Positions 8,580-16,953 of a stretch of 64,000 bases of DNA are shown here, one piece after another (the first letter of the stretch is position 1; every line of letters begins with the position of its first letter). The notes under the pieces were generated by a model. It was not told where the DNA came from, made no database searches, and saw only the letters and a program-made list of their open reading frames with translations. Source of the stretch: an uncultured Holophagales bacterium (lineage in GTDB: Bacteria; Acidobacteriota; Thermoanaerobaculia; Multivoradales; UBA5704); contig CAWJQA010000018.1 of assembly GCA_963844885.1 (NCBI GenBank), positions 208,675 to 272,674 on the forward strand, written 5' to 3'. A program made the position numbers and the translations under genes.

Positions 8580-10115
8580 ATGCGCCGCATCTCCGAAACC
8601 GCTGTCTTCGTGGCCCTGCTCGCGATTTGGGGCCTGACCCCGTTGCTGATCCTGGGGTTGCTGGTCTTTACTCCGAAGCCGCCCTTGACCTCTCAATTCT
8701 TGTTTTACGCGACGATCGCGTGGTCGGGCGCTTCCGTGGTGCTCTTCGGGATCCTGCTCCACCATGACGACTACTTCGAGAGGCACGGCGTCGAGAGCCT
8801 CATGGGGCTGACCTGCACTCTGGTGGTCGGAATTCCGGCAATGGCCTTCAGCTCCCTTCCTATGGTTGGCTCGCCGGCGGACTTCCTACAAAGCCTGAAT
8901 CCGGAGGGGAACAAGGTTGTCCTTACGGATCTCAAGGCCGATACCAGCAAAACCCTTTACCTGGTGGGAATCGACGTCTCGAAGAGCTTCGTCGAAGGCT
9001 CGTCCGATCCACGGTTGGACGAGGTCTTCACCGCGTTTGATTCGTTCTTCTACCCCATCACCCCGGATTCCTTCGCGGCATCCCAGGGCAACGAGGACGC
9101 GTTGCATGCCTATGTGTTTGCGAAAGACTATCAAGACGTGCTCACCATCAACGATGCCCTCGAACGCCGGCAGCAGATTCCCGAGCGCAGGAATCGCGTC
9201 AATGCCAGCTTTTCCAAGGTCGACCGGAGCACCACCAATCTAGTCGGGTTCTTGAACGATCGCGTCTGCGGCGAAATCGAAACGTTTGGGAAGAAATTCG
9301 ATGACATCAAGGTGATCATCTTCTCGGATTGGATCCAATCCCAGCCTAAAGAGGGGCGTGAGGCCTATCTCCAGGATCAGAAGAGCCGCCTCAAGACGTT
9401 TCAGGATTGTGCCAGGCACGGGAACGTCACATTCCTGGAGCTTCGGGCTCCTTCGCGGAAGAACAGCGAGCCGCAGGCGGACGACGCGGACGCGGATATC
9501 GGCAAGCAGCTCCGCTACAGCCTCGGAGAGGAACGGTGGCAGCACCTAGACCTCCAGGCCTACAACGAGGCGAGTGCCGAGGAGAGGCCGACGCTGCCGG
9601 CCCTTGTCTACTCCAACCACAATCCTTCCGAAAGCATCTATCTTAAGTATCTACCCGACCCCGGGTGGAAGCCCTTCACCTCCCGGATCTACCTTCCGGG
9701 CACCGAGCATTCGGAGAAGCTGTTCATCTCGTTCCGTCCCCTAACTCCAGACGCCTCGCCGGTACGCGTCTATCTCAAGCCCGGCAACAGCGACGAGGTC
9801 GTGATCGACATGAACGAGCAGGACAGGGCCACTCAGATCACGACCGAGAGCGGCCCTCTCCAACTCAGGCTTGCCCAGCGGACCCCCGGCTCTCGGGACG
9901 CGCACATTGAAATGCTCGTCGTGGCTCCTCGGACATCCACGGTGTACCGAATCCCCGTCGTGGTGTTGCCAGTGATGCGGGAGGACGCTCTCAAACTCCT
10001 AAAGCTCGTCATCTTCGCCATGCACCTTCTCCCGGTGGTCCTGGCCGTCAGGATTTTCCGCAGCCGGGCGCAGCGGCTTCGTGAGAAGGCCGCGCCCACC
10101 CCCACTGTTGTATGA
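8580..10115 (+). CDS. Multi-TM protein with vWA-like domain (MIDAS DxSxS = GIDVSKS) and C-terminal TM anchor
   Basis: 511 aa. The N-terminus has 3-4 hydrophobic segments. LYLVGIDVSKSF (DxSxS), TNLVGFL and VIIFSDW are spaced as in a vWA fold. The C-terminal hydrophobic segment is LKLVIFAMHLLPVVLAV. Confidence 0.65.
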   Translation: MRRISETAVFVALLAIWGLTPLLILGLLVFTPKPPLTSQFLFYATIAWSGASVVLFGILLHHDDYFERHGVESLMGLTCTLVVGIPAMAFSSLPMVGSPADFLQSLNPEGNKVVLTDLKADTSKTLYLVGIDVSKSFVEGSSDPRLDEVFTAFDSFFYPITPDSFAASQGNEDALHAYVFAKDYQDVLTINDALERRQQIPERRNRVNASFSKVDRSTTNLVGFLNDRVCGEIETFGKKFDDIKVIIFSDWIQSQPKEGREAYLQDQKSRLKTFQDCARHGNVTFLELRAPSRKNSEPQADDADADIGKQLRYSLGEERWQHLDLQAYNEASAEERPTLPALVYSNHNPSESIYLKYLPDPGWKPFTSRIYLPGTEHSEKLFISFRPLTPDASPVRVYLKPGNSDEVVIDMNEQDRATQITTESGPLQLRLAQRTPGSRDAHIEMLVVAPRTSTVYRIPVVVLPVMREDALKLLKLVIFAMHLLPVVLAVRIFRSRAQRLREKAAPTPTVV

Positions 10116-10136
10116 CTGAGCCCCGCAGGAGGACCC

Positions 10137-12296
10137 ATGCCCCGCCCAAGACCCGCGCGCCGGGACCGGATCGCCGTCGCTCTGCTGGGGATCGCTCTCG
10201 CGGCTCCCCAGCTCGTCTCCGCCCAGGAAACCGCCGTCGCCGACGCGGTGGTCATCGTGGACACCTCCGTCAGCATGCGCGATCCGGGCATGGACCCGGA
10301 GCGCGCCTCTCTCCTCGTCACCAAGCTGCTGTCCGACATCGTCCCCGGCGACCTGGCGGTCGTCCGCCTCCTGGATATCGGCGCCGACAGGGATGTCATC
10401 CCAAGCCGGGAGACGAACGATCAAATCCCGTGCGTGGACAACCCCGGGCAGATGTGTACGCGCGTCGAGCAGGCCATCGACTGGCAGGATGCCGCGCGAC
10501 GCCGCAAGCTGGGAGCCCTCGTACGCCCCTCCCGCGGTGACGCCGATTACAAGCGCCAGCTCGAGAGCCACCTGGAGCAGCGCATCAACAACAGCATGTT
10601 CTATCTCGCCTTGCGCGCCGCCCAGGGCGTATTCGACGAGCATGGCAAGGCCGGAGCTCCGCGGACGGTGGTCTGGCTCTCCGACGGCCGGTCGGACAAC
10701 CCTCCAGTCACCGATCAGGCCATCCGCGAGCTCACCCGGAGCGGAGTGGCGGTGGCGGCCATCGTCTTCGGCCAGGGCGACACGTCGCTCGCCCGCGACG
10801 CCGGCCTCGACGTGGAGCAGGTGTCCAGCCCCGCCGAGATCATGAAGGCGTTCGCCAACGCTTTCCGCCGCATCGTGCAGGCCCCCTACAAGATTGACAA
10901 CCAGGTGTCGGTCCAGCCGGAGTTCGAGATGAAGGCCGCCGTGGACGAGGCGTGGGTGGTGGTCTACGGTGACGACTCTCTCGGCGAGGTCTTTCTGGAA
11001 GGCCCTGCCGGACGGGTCGACGCCAACCATGCCGCTGACCGCTGGCGGGGCGCTGGCGCCTACCGTGTCGCCTATCTCCGAAAACCGGCGCCGGGCCGCT
11101 GGACCGTGCGCGCCTCTGGCGGCGGACCCGGCGTGGCCTATGCCGTGGTCCAGCGCTCCTCCCTCGCCCCCGTGCTCCTGGAGCCGGCCAAGGCCATCTC
11201 CGGCGTCCCCGTGCCCCTCGTCGCGGGCCTCCGTGCCGGCTCGAACGGCGGAATCGTGACCGATCCGGCCGTGCTACGTGGGTTGGAGGTCACCGCGGAG
11301 GTGCAGGGGAAGAATGTGAGGCTCTCGGACGGCGGAACGGCTGGCGACGTCAAGGCCGGCGACGGGCGCTTCACCGGTATGGTCACGTTCCACGGCTCGG
11401 GGAAGGTACCCGTCCGCATTCGCGCCCGAAGCGATCTCCTCGACCGGTCGGCCGACGCGTCCGTGGAGACCTCCGGCAGCTTCCGCTACACCGGCGGCCC
11501 GCCGGAGATCGACCTGGGAACGTTGGCCGCGGGCTTCGAATCGTGCCGGCCCCTGATCCTTCAGGCCGAGCACAAAGGAGAGGTGCCGTTCGAGCTGTTG
11601 GAGCGCAAGAGCCCGCCGTCCGGACACCGCCTGGAGATCCGGACCCCAGGCGGCAAGCTCATCCCGGACGGCGACCCCGTCGCCGTCGCCTCGGGAAACC
11701 GCCTGGAAGTGTGCCTGACCACCTCCGATCGCTCCCCTTCCTCAAAGGCGGAAGGGGAGCCCTGGCTGGAGCTGAGGGTGGCGGAGAGCGAGCGGCCCGA
11801 GCACCGCGTGGAGATCCGGCTGCGCTGGGAGGTGCGGGGGCTTTCGTTCTGGCAACGCTGGGGCTGGCTGATCCTGCTGATCCTCGCGATCCTCGCGGCG
11901 CTCTTCATCATCCTCGGATTCGTGCTACCGCAGCGCTTCTCGGGCACCCTGGCGGTCACCTACGTGCCCGACCGCGCGGAGCTCGACGAGCAGTCGCCGC
12001 AGCCCGTGAAGCAGTGGAGCGGGGTCCGCATCGGCTTCTACCGCAACGCGCGCGCGTTCCTCCATGCGGACTTCCGGCTGTCGGGTAAACCACAGGGCGC
12101 GGTTGCGTGTCTCTATGCGGAGAGAGGCGGTGCGCGGGTGACTCCCGGACGCGGCCTCTCGCTTTACCGGGAGACGTTGGAAGGAGACTGGGAGAGCGTC
12201 TCGGCGGACGGCAGGCGCGCAAGGGCCGGCGACGTGTTCCGCATCGGGGACCGGGGACCTTACTTCCGCATCACGACACATCGGGGGAGAGGATGA
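10137..12296 (+). CDS. Secreted/periplasmic vWA (MIDAS) domain - beta-rich region - single TM - small cytoplasmic tail domain
   Basis: 719 aa. It has a signal-peptide-like N-terminus (..VALLGIALAAPQLVSAQE), then VVIVDTSVSM (DxSxS) and VVWLSDGRSD. The TM segment is WGWLILLILAILAALFIILGFVL. The tail is FYRNARAFLHADFRLSG...GDVFRIGDRGPYFRI. Confidence 0.8.
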   Translation: MPRPRPARRDRIAVALLGIALAAPQLVSAQETAVADAVVIVDTSVSMRDPGMDPERASLLVTKLLSDIVPGDLAVVRLLDIGADRDVIPSRETNDQIPCVDNPGQMCTRVEQAIDWQDAARRRKLGALVRPSRGDADYKRQLESHLEQRINNSMFYLALRAAQGVFDEHGKAGAPRTVVWLSDGRSDNPPVTDQAIRELTRSGVAVAAIVFGQGDTSLARDAGLDVEQVSSPAEIMKAFANAFRRIVQAPYKIDNQVSVQPEFEMKAAVDEAWVVVYGDDSLGEVFLEGPAGRVDANHAADRWRGAGAYRVAYLRKPAPGRWTVRASGGGPGVAYAVVQRSSLAPVLLEPAKAISGVPVPLVAGLRAGSNGGIVTDPAVLRGLEVTAEVQGKNVRLSDGGTAGDVKAGDGRFTGMVTFHGSGKVPVRIRARSDLLDRSADASVETSGSFRYTGGPPEIDLGTLAAGFESCRPLILQAEHKGEVPFELLERKSPPSGHRLEIRTPGGKLIPDGDPVAVASGNRLEVCLTTSDRSPSSKAEGEPWLELRVAESERPEHRVEIRLRWEVRGLSFWQRWGWLILLILAILAALFIILGFVLPQRFSGTLAVTYVPDRAELDEQSPQPVKQWSGVRIGFYRNARAFLHADFRLSGKPQGAVACLYAERGGARVTPGRGLSLYRETLEGDWESVSADGRRARAGDVFRIGDRGPYFRITTHRGRG

Positions 12297-14578
12297 AACG
12301 AATTCTGGCGGCCACCACCGTGCTTCTCAGCCTTGCCGCCGCGCCGGCCGCGGCGGACGAACACGTGCGCGTGGTCCTGGACCTCTCGAAGTCGATGCTC
12401 AAGAACGATCCGGGCAGGATGGCGCTCCTGTCGACGGTCCTGCTCCACGACTTGGCGCGGCCCAACTCCACGCAGGGCGATACGTTCAAGGTCATTCCTT
12501 TCGCGCAGGACTGGCGCTGGAGCGATCCCGCGGCTCCGCCTCCCATGGGCAACCGGCCCCAGATTGTAGCGGTGCATGAGAAGCGTGCCGATTTCGTGAA
12601 GCAGGTTCTGGGGCTGAGCTACGACGCCAACATGACCTATTTCTATCCGGGGCTGCTGGAGGCCGTGGCGGACCTGGAGCGCACCACCGGCAGCACCTCG
12701 GGCGTGCGGGCCATCGTCCTGGTGACGGACGGGGTTCCTGAATCGAAGACCCGCGACCGGGAGCTGGAGCTCATCCAGAAGCAAATTGGGCCGCGTTTGG
12801 GAAAGGCGAATATCCGCCTGTATGTGCTGGCGTTCGGCACGGAGGCGTTCGGAAACCAGGAGTTCTTCCGCAAGATCACCACGGCCGCCTCGGGGCCGCT
12901 GGGCGAGCCGTTCTTCGACCCGCAGGGCCGGGAGCTGCTGAGCAACATGCTGACGATCTTCTCCCGCACCTTCGGCTACTCGAAGGGTGCGCTCCAGCGC
13001 CTGCCCGGTGCCCGGGTGGTGGATCTGGAGGGGTCGATCACACCGGAGACCTCGGTGGCGGTCGTGCTCTCGGATCAGACTCAAGCTGAGCCGTCCCTGC
13101 GGTTGACACCTCCGGCTGGCGGTGCCGTGAGCTCGCCGGACGGCGTGCGGAGCGCCGCCGCGGACGGGGGGAGCTACTCGCTGCAATGGGTCCTGAGTCC
13201 CAATGCGGGGCCTTACAGTCTGGATACCAGCGCGGTACGGGGGAGCGTTGCCGTGCTGCGGCCGGTCCAGCTCACCCTGGAGGTGCTCCCCGTGCCGCCC
13301 CGGAACCAGACGGAGCGGGCCATCGCAGGGATGCCGTTCCCGCTGATTATCCGTGTCAAATGGCCGAACGGCGCCAAGGGCGCTCCCAATCCCGTGGATC
13401 TCTCGTTCCGGACGGTCTCCGGACGGTTCAGGACGGAAGATGGCAAGACAGACTTCCGCTGGAAGAGCAAGGTCGAGGCACCTCCTGCCGGACAGGGAAA
13501 CGTCACTGCGGAAGGCCGGGAGTACAACATCTTGGTCAATTTCGCCGAGCACCCGGAGCACCCGGAGCAGCCCTACGCGGGCTACCTCAAGGTGTACGCC
13601 CGCAATAGCGACCAAGTGCTGGGAAAGGCTGTAGGAAGAGTGGTGGGATCGCTGGAGGGCGACCGGGCGCACCGGGTGGAGGTGCATCCGCGGCTCGCCA
13701 TCACCCCCGTGCTGCTCAGCGACTACGCGAAACGGCCCAACGCCGCCCAACAAGGCCTGGGACGGCGCGAAGAGGGATGCGCTGATGTCCGCTTGGAAGT
13801 CTCGGGTTATCTCCCCCACTCCGGCAAGCCGTCCTACCCACTCCTGGCGCGGATCACCGCCACCGACCCCGCCATCTTCGACCGCGAGTTGCGCCGGGCG
13901 TCGTTCACGCTGGATGGCAAGCAACTGGAAATCGAAGGCAAACCCGCGGATGAGCGGGGGCCTTGGAGCAAAGGCCTCATGCTCACGAAGGAGAAGCTCG
14001 AAGGGAATCACAAGCTCTGCGTCCGCGTCGGCAGGCCGACCGTCGGCAATCCGGCGGCCCAGGTGTCGCTGGCGTTCACGCTCCAGGAGGATCCCTACGA
14101 CGACTTCGGCGTGGTGAAGCCGTTTGTCCTCAAGGTGCCGGTGGCGGAGCCGACGTTCCTGGAGCGGTGGAAGGCCCTGCTGCTGACGGGGCTGGCGCTG
14201 CTGGTACTCGCGGCGCTCCTCTGGTACTCGCGTGCGCGGCCCGGATTCCCTCCGGACATGGCCTACGCCGTGGGCCGGGAAGATGCGGAGGATCTCGTAT
14301 CCCGCCCTTTGGAGGAAGGCTCGCCCATTCCCAATCTCCTCGGCCTCGTCGCTGAGCGGCCGGTGATCGCGGGCACGGAGGACCGCTTGCTGGGCCGCGT
14401 GCGTCCCGTGAACGAAGAGCTTTACCAGATGCGCCCCGCCCGCGGCTTCCGTGTCGAGCCGGTGGGCCGGGAGGAGCCGATCCCGATGCGGCGCGGGCTC
14501 GCCACGTTGGCCGCCCGGAGGCTCTACCGCCTGCGCGGCGAGGACGGCTCGTACCTCTTCCGCCTGGAGTACCAATGA
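12293..14578 (+). CDS. Secreted/periplasmic vWA (MIDAS) domain - beta-rich region - single TM - cytoplasmic tail
   Basis: The internal ATG 12293 overlaps the upstream TGA (ATGA). MKRILAATTVLLSLAAAPAAADE looks like a signal peptide. VRVVLDLSKSM (DxSxS) and AIVLVTDGVPES follow. The TM segment is WKALLLTGLALLVLAALLWY. Confidence 0.8.
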   Translation: MKRILAATTVLLSLAAAPAAADEHVRVVLDLSKSMLKNDPGRMALLSTVLLHDLARPNSTQGDTFKVIPFAQDWRWSDPAAPPPMGNRPQIVAVHEKRADFVKQVLGLSYDANMTYFYPGLLEAVADLERTTGSTSGVRAIVLVTDGVPESKTRDRELELIQKQIGPRLGKANIRLYVLAFGTEAFGNQEFFRKITTAASGPLGEPFFDPQGRELLSNMLTIFSRTFGYSKGALQRLPGARVVDLEGSITPETSVAVVLSDQTQAEPSLRLTPPAGGAVSSPDGVRSAAADGGSYSLQWVLSPNAGPYSLDTSAVRGSVAVLRPVQLTLEVLPVPPRNQTERAIAGMPFPLIIRVKWPNGAKGAPNPVDLSFRTVSGRFRTEDGKTDFRWKSKVEAPPAGQGNVTAEGREYNILVNFAEHPEHPEQPYAGYLKVYARNSDQVLGKAVGRVVGSLEGDRAHRVEVHPRLAITPVLLSDYAKRPNAAQQGLGRREEGCADVRLEVSGYLPHSGKPSYPLLARITATDPAIFDRELRRASFTLDGKQLEIEGKPADERGPWSKGLMLTKEKLEGNHKLCVRVGRPTVGNPAAQVSLAFTLQEDPYDDFGVVKPFVLKVPVAEPTFLERWKALLLTGLALLVLAALLWYSRARPGFPPDMAYAVGREDAEDLVSRPLEEGSPIPNLLGLVAERPVIAGTEDRLLGRVRPVNEELYQMRPARGFRVEPVGREEPIPMRRGLATLAARRLYRLRGEDGSYLFRLEYQ

Positions 14579-16926
14579 CCCGTCCCGCGGCGCGCCTGCT
14601 TCTGCTTGCCGCTCTGGCCTGCCCTGCCGGAGCCTGGGCGGAGGGTCGCCACATCGCGATCGTCCTCGACACGTCGGGCTCCATGGATTCCAACGATCAG
14701 CCCCGGTACACGGTGCAGCTCTCACAGGTGATCTCCGACCTGCTGAACGACGGCGACGAGCTCAACGTGATCCGCATGAAGGACGATTCGTCCTGCTCCG
14801 CCGGCGCCTCGTCGTCCCTCGCCTTCACCCTGGACCCGGGGGACCGGCAGAGCTTCAAGCGGCGCCTGGACCAGGAGATCGCCTACGAGACGGGTACCTA
14901 TTTCGCGGCGCCGATCCGCACCGCGGCGGCCCTGCTCTCCGGTAGCCCGGACTCGCAGCGGATGCTCCTGGTAATCGCCGACTCCGGCGGCCTAGGCTCG
15001 TGCGAGGACGAGCTCACGCGGATCCTCCTGGACCTGAGGCAGAAGGGGGTCACCGTCGCGGCGATCAACCTGGGAGGCACGGCGGGCGCATTCGACAGCA
15101 ACCCGGCCTTCGCCTTCACCACGTCCGCCCTGGACGCCCAGGGCCTGATCGAAGCCGTGGCTCAGGTCTACCAGAAATTCCTCGGCGCGAAGACGGTCCA
15201 GACCGGCCGTGTGCAGGGCCCGATCGAGGTAGATGTCGCGCCATTCGTGGACGAGGCGTTCCTGGTGGTGGCCGCCGACGGTCCCCTGAGCGCCGTCGAG
15301 CCGGCGGGCGGCAACCCCGGCGCTGCGGCCGTCGACCCCGACCACCGCGGCGGCGGAAGCACCCAGGGCCTGGACGGCCGGACCCGCGCCTACCGCATCG
15401 TGCGGCTGGAGCGGCCGGCCCCGGGACGCTGGACGTTCAACGTCCCCGGCCTGTCCGCAACCGCGGGCTGGATGCTGCTTCAGGACTCGTCCGTGGGGCT
15501 GCGCCTGGTGTCGTCCCCAGACATGCCTCGCGGTATCGCTACTCCCATGGAGGTCGAGGTCTTCGACCAGAAGACCGGCAAGCGCATCACGGATCTGTCG
15601 CAACTGCCGGGCCTGAGCGTCACGCTCGACGTGGATGGGAAAAAGGTCACGTTTCAGGACGGCGGACAGGACGGCGACCGCGTACCGGGAGACGGCATCC
15701 TGACGGCCATGACCACCCTCGACCAGGCCGGCGCGCGCAAGCTTCCAGTACGCCTGGAGAGCGACCTCCTGGACCGCACGGTGGAGGTCGAGACCCGGGT
15801 TCTCGACGCGGCCTGGAGCCTCGCCGTGAAGACGCCGCCGAAGGCTACGGTGGACCATCCCGTGCTTCTTGAGGTAGAGCTGAAACCCTTCGGTGATCCG
15901 TCCCGGCTCAAACCGCCCGAGCGCATTGACGCGCTCACCGGCGGCCCGGCGGTAGGCCTGCGCGACGACGGTTCGGAGGGAGACCGCACGGCCGGAGACC
16001 GGATCTACTCGCGCCGCTGGATACCCGCGGAGGTGGGCAGCTTCAAAGTCGAGTACGCACCCATCGGCGGGAGCACCTCTCTGCGCGGCGCCGCTCCGAT
16101 CGAGGTGTTGGGCCGGCTGGACTTCGGACCCCTGCGCCCCATCCGGCTCGGGCAGGCTTGCAGTGGAGCCGAAGTGGGTGACCGCCTGGAGCTCGGCGCG
16201 GCCACCGTCCGCGGTGGCTTCGACGCGACCGTGAGCAGCTCGTTCGAGCTCGACCGGACGGCGCTGGAGATCGACCTCGGCGACGGCTGGGTGCTGCTCG
16301 GGAGCAAGCCCCTGCCGCTACGTCTGACCGAGAGCGGTCCCCGTGCCTGGCCGGTGCGGCTGCGGGTCGGCTCCTGTCCGGAAGGGAACCCGAAGGGTAG
16401 GCGGTTCGACATTGTCCTCGAAGCCGCCGGTCCGGACGGCAAGCCGCTGAAAGCCAACGTTCCGCTGGAAGTGGTCGTGATCGAGGATCCATGGCTGCGC
16501 TGCTGGTGGCCGGTGCTGGCCGCCGGAGCCGGCATCGTGCTGGCCGGCGTCCTGGTGCATGGGTTCTGGTCGCCGTCGCGCTTCTCACCCCGTCTGGGCG
16601 TGACCCTCTCGCCGGAGGAGGACTTGACCGAGGGCTTCTTCCATCCCATCCGCGCCCAGCGAGGCACGGGAAGTGGCTTCTACAGGGACGCGCGGGTGTT
16701 CATCCGCCAGGACTTCCGCCTCTCGGGCAACGCTCGTGAAGCCCTGGCGCGTCTGCGTGCCGATCACAAGCTGGTGCGGATCCAGCCGGTCCACGGCACC
16801 GCGCTCTGGCGCCAGAACGCCGAGGGAGCCTGGGAGCAGGTGCCGCCCGCCGAGACCACCGCCCGCTTCGGCGACCTCTACCGCAACGACACGGGAACGC
16901 TGTTTTTCGAGATTCGGAACGCCTGA
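14575..16926 (+). CDS. Secreted/periplasmic vWA (MIDAS) domain - beta-rich region - single TM - cytoplasmic tail
   Basis: 783 aa with an ATGA overlap to the upstream gene. The signal peptide is ..LLLLAALACPAGAWAEG. IAIVLDTSGSM is a canonical DxSGS MIDAS, followed by MLLVIADSGG. The TM segment is WWPVLAAGAGIVLAGVLV. The tail FYRDARVFIRQDFRLSGNAREALARL...GDLYRNDTGTLFFEI is paralogous to that of the 10137 gene. Confidence 0.85.
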   Translation: MTRPAARLLLLAALACPAGAWAEGRHIAIVLDTSGSMDSNDQPRYTVQLSQVISDLLNDGDELNVIRMKDDSSCSAGASSSLAFTLDPGDRQSFKRRLDQEIAYETGTYFAAPIRTAAALLSGSPDSQRMLLVIADSGGLGSCEDELTRILLDLRQKGVTVAAINLGGTAGAFDSNPAFAFTTSALDAQGLIEAVAQVYQKFLGAKTVQTGRVQGPIEVDVAPFVDEAFLVVAADGPLSAVEPAGGNPGAAAVDPDHRGGGSTQGLDGRTRAYRIVRLERPAPGRWTFNVPGLSATAGWMLLQDSSVGLRLVSSPDMPRGIATPMEVEVFDQKTGKRITDLSQLPGLSVTLDVDGKKVTFQDGGQDGDRVPGDGILTAMTTLDQAGARKLPVRLESDLLDRTVEVETRVLDAAWSLAVKTPPKATVDHPVLLEVELKPFGDPSRLKPPERIDALTGGPAVGLRDDGSEGDRTAGDRIYSRRWIPAEVGSFKVEYAPIGGSTSLRGAAPIEVLGRLDFGPLRPIRLGQACSGAEVGDRLELGAATVRGGFDATVSSSFELDRTALEIDLGDGWVLLGSKPLPLRLTESGPRAWPVRLRVGSCPEGNPKGRRFDIVLEAAGPDGKPLKANVPLEVVVIEDPWLRCWWPVLAAGAGIVLAGVLVHGFWSPSRFSPRLGVTLSPEEDLTEGFFHPIRAQRGTGSGFYRDARVFIRQDFRLSGNAREALARLRADHKLVRIQPVHGTALWRQNAEGAWEQVPPAETTARFGDLYRNDTGTLFFEIRNA

Positions 16927-16953
16927 TGCCGGCCGAAGGCCGAGGAGCTTTGC

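Noticed and set aside
12260-14725. Very long antisense ORFs opposite recognisable genes. Examples: 12260..14725 (821 aa), 17511..20345 (944 aa), 22681..25332 (883 aa), 20222..21895, 26784..28451, 9999..11030, 232..1284, 51395..52423, 56897..58369, 58689..59549, 62664..63734.
   Set aside because: Their translations are Arg/Gly/Pro/Ala-rich low-complexity sequence with no motifs. Each overlaps an opposite-strand ORF that has clear domain signatures. Such shadow ORFs are expected at ~70% GC.
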